The translations under genes were made by a program, and so were the position numbers. DNA of 32,000 nt. Origin: Synechococcus elongatus PCC 6301. GTDB lineage: Bacteria > Cyanobacteriota > Cyanobacteriia > Synechococcales > Synechococcaceae. The stretch spans positions 2,160,001 through 2,192,000 of the forward strand of contig NC_006576.1 in assembly GCF_000010065.1 (NCBI RefSeq). Direction: 5' to 3'. Below, piece by piece: positions 10,690 through 20,469 of the stretch. Every line of letters starts with the position of its first letter. Position 1 is the stretch's first letter. The notes beneath the pieces were generated by a model. It saw nothing but the letters and a program-made list of their open reading frames with translations. It was not told where the DNA came from and ran no database searches.

Positions 10690-11922
10690 ATGCCGACATA
10701 TGTTGCTCAGGTTCGTGATAGCCGAGGAGCTCTTCGCAAGCAGCGCATCCAAGCAGGAAATGTTCGTGAAGCGCGGGTTGGATCGCGCCAGCAAGGGTTT
10801 TTGGTTCAGTCAATCGATGAGTCTGCTGGATTGTCTCTGGGCGGGTTAAGTAGTTTTAATCTCGAAGAAGCGACGAGTAAGGTCACTGTCAAAGACATGG
10901 CCCTTTTCTCGCGGCAGCTTTCATCCTTGGTCGATGCGGGGGTTCCAATTGTTAGAGCCCTAGGATTGCTGACTGAACAGACACGTAATCCCAAGCTTCG
11001 TAAAACCCTGAAGCAGATTAATATCGATGTGCAAGAGGGCTTAAATCTCTCGGACTCGATGCGTAAGTTCCCGAAAGTTTTCGATGGTCTCTACGTAGCG
11101 ATGATTCAAGCTGGAGAGACAGGTGGCGTCTTAGATGACGTCCTCAACCGGCTTTCCAAACTACTGGAAGATATGTCGAGATTGCGCAACCAGATGAAGT
11201 CTGCAATGACTTATCCGATGGCAGTCTTTGTGACTGCAATTCTTGTGTTTTTAGGGATGACTATTTTTATCATCCCAACCTTTGCAGGAATTTTTGAAGA
11301 CCAAGGAGCGGAGTTGCCTGGCTTCACATTGCTGTTGCTGTCAATTAGCCAGCTATTGAGAACACCGATCTTTTGGGGCTTCTTCCTGATCTTTCTATTT
11401 GGATCAATCTTTGTCTTTAAACAATACTATTCAACTCCACCTGGCCGCCTCAGTGTAGACAACCTAGTGCTACGCCTGCCAGTTTTGGGAGAGATGATTC
11501 AGAAGGCTGCCACAGCTCGCTTCTGCCGAACCTTTGGTTCACTCACAAGGGCAGGGGTGCCGATTATGACTGCTCTTGAAATCGTGCGAGATACCGCAGG
11601 GAATCAGGCGATCGCTCGCTCAATCGATGCAGCCCGGATGGAAGTACAGACTGGCGGCATGATGAGTGTGGCACTGTCGAGATATCGGGTCTTCCCCTTG
11701 ATGGCTCTCAGCATGATTACGATTGGGGAAGAGACGGGTGAACTTGACACCATGGTAAACAAAGTGGCTGACTTCTATGAAGATGAAGTCGAGCAAGCGG
11801 TCAAGGGTTTGACCAGTTTGCTAGAGCCGATCATGATTGTGCTGGTAGGCGGTATTGTCGGCTCGATTTTGCTGGCGATGTATCTGCCAATGTTCAGCAT
11901 TTTCGACCAGATTAAGGGGTAA
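10690..11922 (+). CDS. pilC: type IV pilus inner membrane platform protein PilC (type II secretion F family)
   Basis: MALFSRQLSSLVDAGVPIVRAL, FCRTFGSLTRAGVPIMTALEIV, duplicated T2SSF domains, GNQAI and EPIMIVLVGGIVGSILLAMYLPMF at the C-terminus. Confidence 0.93.
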   Translation: MPTYVAQVRDSRGALRKQRIQAGNVREARVGSRQQGFLVQSIDESAGLSLGGLSSFNLEEATSKVTVKDMALFSRQLSSLVDAGVPIVRALGLLTEQTRNPKLRKTLKQINIDVQEGLNLSDSMRKFPKVFDGLYVAMIQAGETGGVLDDVLNRLSKLLEDMSRLRNQMKSAMTYPMAVFVTAILVFLGMTIFIIPTFAGIFEDQGAELPGFTLLLLSISQLLRTPIFWGFFLIFLFGSIFVFKQYYSTPPGRLSVDNLVLRLPVLGEMIQKAATARFCRTFGSLTRAGVPIMTALEIVRDTAGNQAIARSIDAARMEVQTGGMMSVALSRYRVFPLMALSMITIGEETGELDTMVNKVADFYEDEVEQAVKGLTSLLEPIMIVLVGGIVGSILLAMYLPMFSIFDQIKG

Positions 11923-11927
11923 TCACG

Positions 11928-12482
11928 ATGAGCGGTCCCGACACGATTGACCGCTGTTTGACAGCCTGCTGCGATCGCGCCACGGCGGTGGCTCTTTTGC
12001 AGCAGCATCGGCCCTACTGGGAGCTACTGCCCAGTCTGCGGCGCCCGGCTGAGAGCCTTTTGCCCTTGCCCTTGCCGCTGGTGCGCTGCCGAACCCGCAT
12101 TCAGAGCGATCGCGGTTCTGAAACTGTGGTGCAGCTCGTCCCCGTCCCCTGCGACTTGGTCTTTTTGCTCTGCGATCCCGAGTGGAAAGTCAAGGTCGGG
12201 CCTGATATTTGTCTACTCATTCATCGGCCAGCGGAAAGCTTCCACGACCTTCTCAATCGCTGGCGGCAGACCCAGATCTGTCTTAGTCAGCCCTACGAGT
12301 GGCATCTGGAAGAGACGCAAAAGCAACTCCAAGCTGAAGCGGGTGAAGCTGCGTTACCCCTGTTTTTGTTGCAAACCGACGGTCCAGAATCAATTCGCAA
12401 AGCTCTGAGCACTGTCGGTTTACCTTGGGTGACGCTGCCCCTAGAACTACCGGAGATGAGCCTCACTCCTGTGATCAGCTAG
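11928..12482 (+). CDS. uncharacterised protein downstream of pilC
   Basis: 184-aa ORF whose start lies 5 nt after the pilC stop; no catalytic motif recognised; same strand as pilBTC. Confidence 0.6.
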   Translation: MSGPDTIDRCLTACCDRATAVALLQQHRPYWELLPSLRRPAESLLPLPLPLVRCRTRIQSDRGSETVVQLVPVPCDLVFLLCDPEWKVKVGPDICLLIHRPAESFHDLLNRWRQTQICLSQPYEWHLEETQKQLQAEAGEAALPLFLLQTDGPESIRKALSTVGLPWVTLPLELPEMSLTPVIS

Positions 12483-13694
12483 GGCTTGGCCGGCGATCCA
12501 GCCACTGGTCCAGGCATTTTGAAAATTAAAGCCGCCGGTGATGCCATCGACGTTGAGCAGCTCGCCCGCCACGAAGAGCCCCGGGCAGCGTTTACTTTCC
12601 ATGCGTTGACTATTGAGGCTGTCGAGAGGGACACCGCCAGCGGTGACAAATTCTTCTTTGAAAACACCTTTGCCCGCGATCGCGTAGGTACCGGCGGTCA
12701 AGGTTTGCCAGAGCGCTGTCAATTGCTGATTAGAGACTTCCCCCCAACGACGATCACTGGGAAGACCTGCCTGCTCTAGCAGATAGAGCCAGAGGCGCTG
12801 GGGCAGATCGGCCAGTCGCCCATTTTTAAGCTGACGTTTGCTCTCGTTGCTGCGCATGGCCTGGAGCTCGAGCCGAACTTGTTCCGCCGAGCGATCGGGT
12901 AGCCAGTTGATCCGCAGCTCTGCGCTATAGCGATGCTGTTGGAGCAACCTTGCCCCAAAGGCCGAGAGCTTGAGGACTGGTGGGCCGCTCAAGCCCCAGT
13001 GGGTAATCAGGAGAGGTCCTGTATCCTTGAGGCGATCGCCGCCGACTTGTTGGGTGGCCTGAACGCGATCGCGACTGATCCCCGCCAGAGCGCGCAGGCT
13101 CGCATCCAGCACCGTAAAGGTGAACAGAGAAGGAACTGGCGGGATCAGGTCATGTCCCAGCGCTGTTGCTAAGCGATAGCCACTGGGGCTGCTGCCGGTT
13201 GCTAGCAAGAGGCGATCGACTGTGACAGTTGCTGCTCGCAGCTGTAGCTGAAACCCGTCTGCATGGCGCTCGACCCCAATGATCGGTTCCCGTAAGCGCA
13301 GCTGAATGCCCAAGCGTTCAGCCTCTCCTAGAAGGCAGTTGATGATGCTGCTGGAGCGATCGCTGACCGGAAACATCCGTCCGTCGGCTTCTGTTTTCAG
13401 GCGGACGCCGCGAGCTTCAAACCAAGCAATCGTGTCTTGGGGCTGAAAGCGACTGAATGGCCCCAGCAAAGCTCGACCGCCGCGAGGGTAAGCCTGAATT
13501 AGCTGCCTGGCTTCGGTGCAATGGTGGGTGACATTACAGCGGCCTCCCCCCGAAATCCGCACCTTGCTCAGCGGTTCTGGCCCTGCTTCGTAGATCGTAA
13601 TGTGGGCGTGAGGATTGGCTTCTGCACAGGCGATCGCTGCAAAAAAGCCCGCAGCCCCGCCCCCAACAATGGCAATCTGAAGAGAGTCTTCCAT
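12447..13694 (-). CDS. NAD(P)/FAD-dependent oxidoreductase, HI0933/YhiN (aminoacetone oxidase) family
   Basis: AIVGGGAAGFFAAI dinucleotide-binding motif, KVRISGGGRCNVTH and GGVPLDSLN...GLFVAGELLNVDGITGGFNFQNAW hallmark motifs. Confidence 0.92.
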   Translation of the reverse strand: MEDSLQIAIVGGGAAGFFAAIACAEANPHAHITIYEAGPEPLSKVRISGGGRCNVTHHCTEARQLIQAYPRGGRALLGPFSRFQPQDTIAWFEARGVRLKTEADGRMFPVSDRSSSIINCLLGEAERLGIQLRLREPIIGVERHADGFQLQLRAATVTVDRLLLATGSSPSGYRLATALGHDLIPPVPSLFTFTVLDASLRALAGISRDRVQATQQVGGDRLKDTGPLLITHWGLSGPPVLKLSAFGARLLQQHRYSAELRINWLPDRSAEQVRLELQAMRSNESKRQLKNGRLADLPQRLWLYLLEQAGLPSDRRWGEVSNQQLTALWQTLTAGTYAIAGKGVFKEEFVTAGGVPLDSLNSQRMESKRCPGLFVAGELLNVDGITGGFNFQNAWTSGWIAGQALADHRSEAHLR

Positions 13695-13720
13695 GCTCTC
13701 TATTGTCGGTTGTTGTTGCG

Positions 13721-14752
13721 ATGCTTACGGTGCCTGAATTGCTTGATCGGACAGCTGTAGTCCGCAGTCATCGTCTGAGTGTGGCGCCCATGCTCGATCG
13801 CACCGATCGCCACTGCCGCTACTTTTTGCGCCAGATCAGCCGCCGCACATTGCTCTACACCGAAATGATTGTGGCGCAGGCGATTCAGTACGGCGATCGC
13901 GCCCGCCTCTTGGACTACGATCCCCAAGAGCATCCCGTAGCGTTGCAAGTAGGGGGCGACAACCCCCAATGGTTGGCAGACTGCGCCCGTATTGCCGAAG
14001 ACTGGGGCTACGACGAAATTAATCTCAACGTCGGTTGTCCGAGCGATCGCGTTCAGAAGGGGCAGTTTGGCGCTTGCTTGATGGCGCGACCAGAGCAGGT
14101 AGCGCAGTGTGTAGAGGCAATGCGATCGGCCTCAACTCTCCCCGTGACAGTCAAGCATCGGATTGGCATTGACGATCGCGACAGCTATGAGGAACTGCAG
14201 GACTTTGTGCGCATCGTAGCTGAGAGTGGCTGCGATCGCTTCAGCGTCCACGCCCGCAAAGCTTGGCTGCAAGGGCTCGATCCCAAGCAAAACCGCACGA
14301 TCCCGCCGTTGCGCTACGACGTGGTTTATCAACTCAAGCAGGATTTTCCGCAGTTGGTGATCGAAATCAATGGCGGCATTCTTGATCTGGATCAGGCTCA
14401 GCAGCATTTACAACAGGTTGATGCTGTCATGATGGGTCGCGCCATTTATGACAATCCCTATTTGCTAGCGGCAGCAGACGCGCAACTCTACGGCGATCAC
14501 CTTGAACCGCGATCGCGATTGCAAGTGGTCCTGGCAATGATGCCTTACATTGAACAGCAGCTCAGCCAAGGTGTCCGATTGCATAGCATCACGCGTCATC
14601 TGCTACAGCTCTTCCACGGTTGTCCAGGTAGCCGAGCCTGGAAACGGGTCCTGACTGAGCAAGGCTGCAAACCTGGTGCGGGTCCAGAAGTGCTGTTAGC
14701 GGCGCTGGAGCAAGTGTCGGAATCGCCTATCCTGATTCCCGTCCGTTCTTGA
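13721..14752 (+). CDS. dusA: tRNA-dihydrouridine(20/20a) synthase DusA
   Basis: HRLSVAPMLDRTDRHCRYFLR, LNVGCPSDRVQKGQFGACLM, VKHRIGID, SVHARKAWLQGL. ATG at 13721 is preferred over the ORF start at 13703. Confidence 0.92.
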   Translation: MLTVPELLDRTAVVRSHRLSVAPMLDRTDRHCRYFLRQISRRTLLYTEMIVAQAIQYGDRARLLDYDPQEHPVALQVGGDNPQWLADCARIAEDWGYDEINLNVGCPSDRVQKGQFGACLMARPEQVAQCVEAMRSASTLPVTVKHRIGIDDRDSYEELQDFVRIVAESGCDRFSVHARKAWLQGLDPKQNRTIPPLRYDVVYQLKQDFPQLVIEINGGILDLDQAQQHLQQVDAVMMGRAIYDNPYLLAAADAQLYGDHLEPRSRLQVVLAMMPYIEQQLSQGVRLHSITRHLLQLFHGCPGSRAWKRVLTEQGCKPGAGPEVLLAALEQVSESPILIPVRS

Positions 14753-14815
14753 CAGCTATCAGCAAGACTTCGCATCCATAACCCTGCATAAGTTCACGGT
14801 CAGCCAATAGGTAAA

Positions 14816-15103
14816 GTGCGATCGCCTAGTGAGGTCAATGTCAACAGAATGAAGTCTGACCTTTTGTCGATTCCCGGAATTGGCCGCACATTTGTCAAGG
14901 ACTTTGCACGAATTGGTATTCACTCGATCAGTGATTTAGTCGGTCAAGATCCCAGTGCTCTATATCAAAGCCTCTGCGAGGTCAATGCAGCAGAGGCTCA
15001 TGCAACTAGTAAAAATTATCTCTACGTCTTTCGTATGGCTGTTTATTACGCCAATGGTGGTCGAGATTCAACAAAGCTTAAATGGCATGTTTGGAAGGAT
15101 TAA
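14816..15103 (+). CDS. small helix-hairpin-helix protein (Cdd1/'pathogenicity locus'-like)
   Basis: LLSIPGIGRTFVKDFARIGIHSISDLVGQDP is an HhH-type motif in a 95-aa protein. GTG start at 14816 or ATG at 14849. Confidence 0.65.
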   Translation: MRSPSEVNVNRMKSDLLSIPGIGRTFVKDFARIGIHSISDLVGQDPSALYQSLCEVNAAEAHATSKNYLYVFRMAVYYANGGRDSTKLKWHVWKD

Positions 15104-15173
15104 TGTCGCTGAAATCTGTGAGATAGCCTGAGCGATCGCATGCTGGATATTGACTCAATTGGCTATTGAAAAA

Positions 15174-15197
15174 GGCTTTGCAGAATTCTGCAAAGCC
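15174..15197 (-). terminator. intrinsic terminator of pheS (GGCTTTGCAG-AATT-CTGCAAAGCC)
   Basis: 24-bp perfect palindrome between convergent genes; on the minus strand it is followed by TTTTTCAATA. Confidence 0.8.
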
Positions 15198-15226
15198 TCT
15201 TGATTCGTTGGTGCCTTGAATTAGTT

Positions 15227-16237
15227 TTAGAACTGCCTGAGGAAGCGCAAATCGCTGGCGTAGAGGCGGCGAATATCGTCCATGCCGTGCAGCACCATCG
15301 CAAAACGCTCCACCCCAAAACCGGCTGCAAAGCCGCTGTAGGTTTCTGGGTCGCAGCCCACGGCTTTGAGAACATTGGGATCGACCATGCCGCAGCCCAA
15401 GACCTCTAGCCATTTCCCTTGCCAGAGCACATCGACTTCTGCCGAAGGTTCCGTGAAGGGGAAGAAGCTGGCACGGAAGCGGATCGGTAGGTCGCCGAAT
15501 AGCGCCTGAATCAGGGTTTTGACGGTGCCTTTCAGGTCAGTGAAAGTCAAGCCTTCATCAACGGCGAGTAGTTCCACTTGGTGGAAGACGGCCGAATGAG
15601 TCGCATCAACGGCATCGCGCCGGTAAACGCGTCCGGGCGCGACGACTCGAATCGGCGGCTCCTGCTCTTCCATGTGGCGAATCTGCACGGACGATGTGTG
15701 AGTGCGCAGCAGATTGCCGTCAGTGAGGTAGAAGGTGTCCTGCATGTCCCGCGCTGGGTGGTCGGCGGGCATGTTTAGGGCTTCGAAGTTGTAGTAATCC
15801 GACTCCATTTCTGGCCCCTCAGCGACTTGATAGCCAAGGCCAACGAGGATGTCGAGAATGCGATCGATCGTGCTTTGCAGCGGGTGAAGGTGTCCCTGGG
15901 GACGATACTGCCCTGGCATGGTGACATCGATTGCTTCTGCAATCAGTCGCGCTTCTAGTTCTGCTTTGCCGAGGGCTTCACGCCGTTCATCGAGGTCAGT
16001 ACTAATGCGGGCTTTAACGGTGTTTGCCAACCCACCAATGCGAGGGCGATCGCTGGCATCCAGTTTGCCCATCGCACCCAAAATGGCTGAAAGCTCCCCT
16101 TTTTTGCCCAAAAAGGCGATGCGCAGTTGCTCCAAGGCTTCCCGATCGCTCGCTGTGGCGATCGCTTCCAGAGCACGGGTTTGCAGAGCTTCGAGTTGAG
16201 CCTCAAGCTCGCTGAGCTGACTGAGCATAGGATTCAA
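15227..16237 (-). CDS. pheS: phenylalanyl-tRNA synthetase alpha subunit
   Basis: [19 protein letters not shown]-like [60 protein letters not shown]. Confidence 0.95.
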   Translation of the reverse strand: MNPMLSQLSELEAQLEALQTRALEAIATASDREALEQLRIAFLGKKGELSAILGAMGKLDASDRPRIGGLANTVKARISTDLDERREALGKAELEARLIAEAIDVTMPGQYRPQGHLHPLQSTIDRILDILVGLGYQVAEGPEMESDYYNFEALNMPADHPARDMQDTFYLTDGNLLRTHTSSVQIRHMEEQEPPIRVVAPGRVYRRDAVDATHSAVFHQVELLAVDEGLTFTDLKGTVKTLIQALFGDLPIRFRASFFPFTEPSAEVDVLWQGKWLEVLGCGMVDPNVLKAVGCDPETYSGFAAGFGVERFAMVLHGMDDIRRLYASDLRFLRQF

Positions 16238-16363
16238 GCAAAAGGGGCGGGGGAGCCATCAAAGTCCAGATTACCAGCCGTGCGATCGCGCCGGTGTGCG
16301 GGTCTAGACCGGTTATGCTCCCCGAATGCCGTTAGGGTTAATGGGCAGACCCTGCAATTCGGC

Positions 16364-17140
16364 ATGCGACTTCTGATCAGCAACGACGATGGCGTTTTCG
16401 CCCTCGGTATCCAAACCCTCGCCAACCGTCTCGTTCAGGCTGGCCATGAGGTCACGGTTGTCTGTCCCGATCGCGAGCGATCGGCCACCGGCCACGGCCT
16501 GACGTTGCATAAACCCATCCGCGCCGAACGGATCGAAGGGCTGTTTGATCCGGCAGTACAGGTCTGGGCTTGCTCTGGGACGCCTTCGGACTGCGTCAAG
16601 CTTGCCCTTGGCACACTGCTGCCAGAACTGCCCGATTTTGTGCTCTCGGGCATCAATCACGGCCCCAATCTGGGAACGGACGTGCTCTACTCCGGCACCG
16701 TCTCAGCAGCGATGGAGGGCGTGATTGAAGGTATCCCCAGCATTGCCCTGAGCTTGGCCAGTTTTACAGCGCGGGACTTTGAACCAGCGGCTGAGATTGC
16801 TGTGGAATTACTGGAGCGCCTGCCGCACCCCAGTTCGCCCAAGGTGCTGCTCAGCGTCAACATTCCGCCGGTACCGAAGGAGGAAATCGCTGGCATTCGC
16901 CTGACCCGCCAAGGCGTCCGACGCTACGTCGATCTGTTTGACCAGCGGGTCGATCCACGCGGTAAGCCCTATTTCTGGCTAGCCGGTGAGGTGGTGGAAG
17001 AAAGTGAACCACAGGAACCGGCTGATAGCCACTGGTGCGATGTCGATGCGATCCGCCGCAACTACGTGACGGTAACGCCGCTGCAGTACGACCTGACGCA
17101 CTACAACAGCCTCAGTCAGCTCGATCACCTCAGCCGCTAG
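16364..17140 (+). CDS. surE: 5'/3'-nucleotidase SurE
   Basis: [83 protein letters not shown] at 16364; ORF start at 16127 is artefactual. Confidence 0.93.
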   Translation: MRLLISNDDGVFALGIQTLANRLVQAGHEVTVVCPDRERSATGHGLTLHKPIRAERIEGLFDPAVQVWACSGTPSDCVKLALGTLLPELPDFVLSGINHGPNLGTDVLYSGTVSAAMEGVIEGIPSIALSLASFTARDFEPAAEIAVELLERLPHPSSPKVLLSVNIPPVPKEEIAGIRLTRQGVRRYVDLFDQRVDPRGKPYFWLAGEVVEESEPQEPADSHWCDVDAIRRNYVTVTPLQYDLTHYNSLSQLDHLSR

Positions 17141-17210
17141 GGGCGATTGCCCCCTCAGGGCTAGGATCGCAAGCGGTGATAGTAGCGCAAGCAACAGGGA
17201 GAGCGATCGC

Positions 17211-18446
17211 GTGTTCGATGCCTTAGTGATCGGGTCGGGGCCAGCCGGACTGGCGATCGCGGCAGAGCTGGCACAGCGCGGCTTGAAAGTCCAAGGACTA
17301 TCCCCCGTCGACCCATTCCATCCTTGGGAAAATACCTACGGCATCTGGGGACCCGAGCTGGATAGTCTTGGCCTCGAGCATCTCTTTGGGCATCGCTGGT
17401 CGAACTGCGTTAGCTACTTCGGTGAGGCGCCGGTTCAGCACCAATACAACTACGGGCTGTTTGATCGCGCCCAACTACAACAGCACTGGTTGCGGCAATG
17501 TGAGCAAGGCGGCCTGCAATGGCAACTCGGCAAAGCAGCTGCGATCGCCCATGACTCCCACCATTCCTGCGTTACGACAGCAGCAGGGCAGGAGTTACAG
17601 GCGCGGCTGGTTGTCGATACGACTGGGCACCAAGCGGCTTTTATCCAGCGACCTCATTCAGACGCGATCGCCTACCAAGCGGCCTACGGCATCATTGGCC
17701 AGTTTTCGCAGCCGCCGATCGAGCCCCATCAGTTTGTGCTGATGGACTACCGCAGCGACCATCTCTCACCTGAAGAACGCCAACTGCCACCGACCTTTCT
17801 CTACGCGATGGATCTCGGGAACGACGTCTACTTTGTAGAGGAAACATCGCTGGCGGCTTGCCCGGCTATTCCCTACGATCGCCTCAAACAACGGCTCTAT
17901 CAACGCTTAGCCACTCGCGGTGTGACGGTGCAAGTGATTCAGCACGAGGAATATTGCCTGTTTCCGTTGAATTTGCCGCTGCCCGATCTCACTCAGTCAG
18001 TGGTTGGCTTTGGGGGGGCGGCCAGTATGGTGCATCCCGCTTCGGGCTACATGGTCGGGGCGCTACTGCGGCGCGCTCCTGATCTGGCGAATGCGATCGC
18101 GGCTGGACTGAATGCCAGTTCCAGTCTGACCACGGCAGAACTTGCTACCCAAGCCTGGCGAGGACTCTGGCCAACCGAAAAAATTCGCAAGCACTACATC
18201 TACCAATTCGGCCTCGAAAAGCTGATGCGCTTTTCCGAAGCCCAGCTCAATCATCACTTCCAGACCTTCTTTGGCCTGCCGAAGGAGCAGTGGTACGGCT
18301 TTTTGACCAATACGCTGTCGCTACCGGAGCTGATTCAAGCGATGCTCAGATTATTTGCCCAAGCGCCGAATGATGTGCGCTGGGGTCTGATGGAACAACA
18401 AGGTCGCGAATTACAACTCTTTTGGCAAGCGATCGCGGCCCGCTAG
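17211..18446 (+). CDS. crtL: lycopene cyclase (CrtL type)
   Basis: DALVIGSGPAGLAIAAELAQRGLKV, PWENTYGIWGPELD, LMDYRS and FLYAMDLGNDVYFVEETSLA; the plant/cyanobacterial CrtL-type motifs. Confidence 0.88.
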   Translation: MFDALVIGSGPAGLAIAAELAQRGLKVQGLSPVDPFHPWENTYGIWGPELDSLGLEHLFGHRWSNCVSYFGEAPVQHQYNYGLFDRAQLQQHWLRQCEQGGLQWQLGKAAAIAHDSHHSCVTTAAGQELQARLVVDTTGHQAAFIQRPHSDAIAYQAAYGIIGQFSQPPIEPHQFVLMDYRSDHLSPEERQLPPTFLYAMDLGNDVYFVEETSLAACPAIPYDRLKQRLYQRLATRGVTVQVIQHEEYCLFPLNLPLPDLTQSVVGFGGAASMVHPASGYMVGALLRRAPDLANAIAAGLNASSSLTTAELATQAWRGLWPTEKIRKHYIYQFGLEKLMRFSEAQLNHHFQTFFGLPKEQWYGFLTNTLSLPELIQAMLRLFAQAPNDVRWGLMEQQGRELQLFWQAIAAR

Positions 18447-18567
18447 CTGCTAAAAACTAGCCGCCCTTGCCAATATCCCGTAAAGTTTTTGAAGCGCTGC
18501 TGCACTTGTTACAGAACCCTAGCGAGCACTTGTCCTGGTTCCACTTGAGGATCGATTCCCCCGAGTA

Positions 18568-18837
18568 ATGGCTTCCGAGAACTACCTCAACCATCCCACC
18601 TTCGGATTGCTCTACCAAATCTGCAGCTTTGGGGACAGCAAAGAACTCTTCGCCACTCTTTATGCTCAGCGCCTCTTTTTTCTCGTAGCCTTTGATGCTC
18701 GGGGAACCCGCTTTGAGCCAATCGGTCGTAATGAAGCGCGGATGTTGGTCGACAACCGTCTGCGCCAGCTGCGCCGAGATGCCAGTCTGCAGGAATACAA
18801 CCAGCTGCAGCAAGTCTTCAAACAAACCTTTCTGTAG
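18568..18837 (+). CDS. pipX: PII-interacting protein X (NtcA coactivator)
   Basis: 89-aa MASENYLNHPTFGLLYQICSFGDSKELFATLYAQRLFFLVAF...; Tudor-like N-terminus; matches the PipX family sequence as known to me. Confidence 0.96.
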   Translation: MASENYLNHPTFGLLYQICSFGDSKELFATLYAQRLFFLVAFDARGTRFEPIGRNEARMLVDNRLRQLRRDASLQEYNQLQQVFKQTFL

Positions 18838-18861
18838 CCAGCTAGGGAGTCAGAGGCAGGC

Positions 18862-19527
18862 ATGGCCCAAATTGCCGAGCGGTTGGCCAGTCTCCGATCG
18901 CAACTGCCTCCCAGCGTTCAGCTGATTGCTGTCAGCAAGAACCATCCCGCTGCTGCCATCCGAGAAGCCTATGCAGCAGGTCAGCGGCACTTTGGCGAAA
19001 ATCGGGTCCAAGAAGCGATCGCTAAGCAAGCGGAACTGACGGATCTGCCCGATTTGACTTGGCATCTGCTGGGAAAACTGCAGAGCAATAAAGCCCGGAA
19101 AGCTGTCGAGCATTTCGACTGGATTCATTCAGTTGATAGCTGGGCCTTGGCTGAACGACTCGATCGCATTGCGGGAGAGTTGGGGCGATCGCCCAAGCTT
19201 TGCCTCCAGGTGAAGCTCCTGCCTGACCCCAACAAAGCGGGCTGGGACCCTGCTGATTTGCGGGCTGAGTTACCGCAGCTCAGTCAACTCCAACAGGTAC
19301 AAATCCGCGGCTTGATGGTGATTGCGCCCCTCGGACTCACCGCCGCTGAGACTCAGGCTCTGTTTGCGCAGGCTCGCACCTTCGCCGCCGAGTTGCAGCA
19401 GCAGGCTCCGCAGCTACGGCTCACGGAACTCTCGATGGGCATGTCGAGTGACTGGCCTTTGGCTGTGGCGGAAGGGGCAACTTGGATTCGAGTCGGAACC
19501 CAGTTATTTGGGCCGCGATCGCTGTAA
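18862..19527 (+). CDS. pipY: YggS/PROSC-family PLP homeostasis protein PipY
   Basis: PPSVQLIAVSKNHPAAAIREAYAAGQRHFGENRVQEA, WHLLGKLQSNKARKA, LSMGMSSDWPLAVAEGATWIRVGTQLFG. Confidence 0.93.
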   Translation: MAQIAERLASLRSQLPPSVQLIAVSKNHPAAAIREAYAAGQRHFGENRVQEAIAKQAELTDLPDLTWHLLGKLQSNKARKAVEHFDWIHSVDSWALAERLDRIAGELGRSPKLCLQVKLLPDPNKAGWDPADLRAELPQLSQLQQVQIRGLMVIAPLGLTAAETQALFAQARTFAAELQQQAPQLRLTELSMGMSSDWPLAVAEGATWIRVGTQLFGPRSL

Positions 19528-19569
19528 TCTTGGCCATAGTTAACAAACCTTTACGTCTTAGAACTGGCC

Positions 19570-19581
19570 TGGCAATTGCCA
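19570..19581. other. palindrome TGGCAATTGCCA downstream of pipY, followed by TTT
   Basis: Perfect 12-bp palindrome in the pipY-sepF gap; possible weak terminator or protein site. Confidence 0.3.
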
Positions 19582-19758
19582 TTTCAGGTGCTTTAAGTGG
19601 CTTTCCTTAAAAAAAGCTGAGATTTGTTCGGTAAAACCAGTCGAAATCTTGCCGTTTGTGCTATTACTACTGCGTCTCCATCGACCTAAGCAGTGCCCTG
19701 CGCTCTCGCTAGTGGTCAGCGGAAAAGTGTGGTGTCGTTGCCCTTGGAGGAACTGATC

Positions 19759-20334
19759 GTGTCTTTTGTGAACCGGATCCGCGATATCGTCGGTCTCAAT
19801 GAGTCGCTGGACTACGACGAAGAGTACGAAACCTACGATGTGGCAGCGGACTCTTACAACGGTTATAACGACGCTGCCGAAACCAGTTCCCGCCGGAGAC
19901 AGCGCAACCATACGCCGACTGCCAGTATTGAACCGGTTAGTACGGCCAGCAATGTGATTGGCTTGCCCGGTCTGAGCAGCAGCTCAGAAGTGGTGGTAAT
20001 GGAACCCCGCTCTTTCGAAGAAATGCCCCAGGCCATTCAGGCTTTGCGCGAGCGCAAGACGATCGTGCTGAACCTGACGATGATGGAGCCTGACCAAGCA
20101 CAGCGCGCCGTCGATTTTGTCGCCGGTGGCACCTTTGCCATTGATGGCCACCAAGAGCGCGTCGGCGAAAGCATTTTTCTGTTCACCCCGAGCTGCGTTC
20201 ATGTCACCACCCAAGGTGGCGAGCAGTATCTGAACGAGTCCCCTGCCCAGCCGGTGCAGACTACGACTAGCTTTGGCCGGACTGCGACTCCGACCCCGGC
20301 TTGGGGCACCGATAGCCGCTACGCTGCTCAATAG
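19759..20334 (+). CDS. sepF: cell division protein SepF (Cdv2)
   Basis: SepF core [73 protein letters not shown] start at 19759 after GGAGGA. Confidence 0.93.
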   Translation: MSFVNRIRDIVGLNESLDYDEEYETYDVAADSYNGYNDAAETSSRRRQRNHTPTASIEPVSTASNVIGLPGLSSSSEVVVMEPRSFEEMPQAIQALRERKTIVLNLTMMEPDQAQRAVDFVAGGTFAIDGHQERVGESIFLFTPSCVHVTTQGGEQYLNESPAQPVQTTTSFGRTATPTPAWGTDSRYAAQ

Positions 20335-20469
20335 CCTGCTAGGCGCTCTGTTCTAACCCTCACTAGACGGCACCACATCTGTTTGCCTGTCGAGTTCGAT
20401 CCCTGCGATCGCGCTTGGCAGGCATTCGTTGCTCTAGGATCAAGCATGGTTTTTTGAGTCGGAAACGGC

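Noticed and set aside
15078-15413. 111-aa minus-strand ORF overlapping the end of pheS
   Set aside because: Out of frame with pheS on the same strand and also spanning the terminator palindrome; composition looks non-coding.
16127-16363. N-terminal extension of the surE ORF
   Set aside because: This stretch overlaps the pheS 5' end antisense and is not SurE-like; the SurE start [10 protein letters not shown] is at 16364.
18457-18825. 122-aa minus-strand ORF over pipX
   Set aside because: It lies almost fully antisense to the confidently identified PipX gene and shows no recognisable motif.
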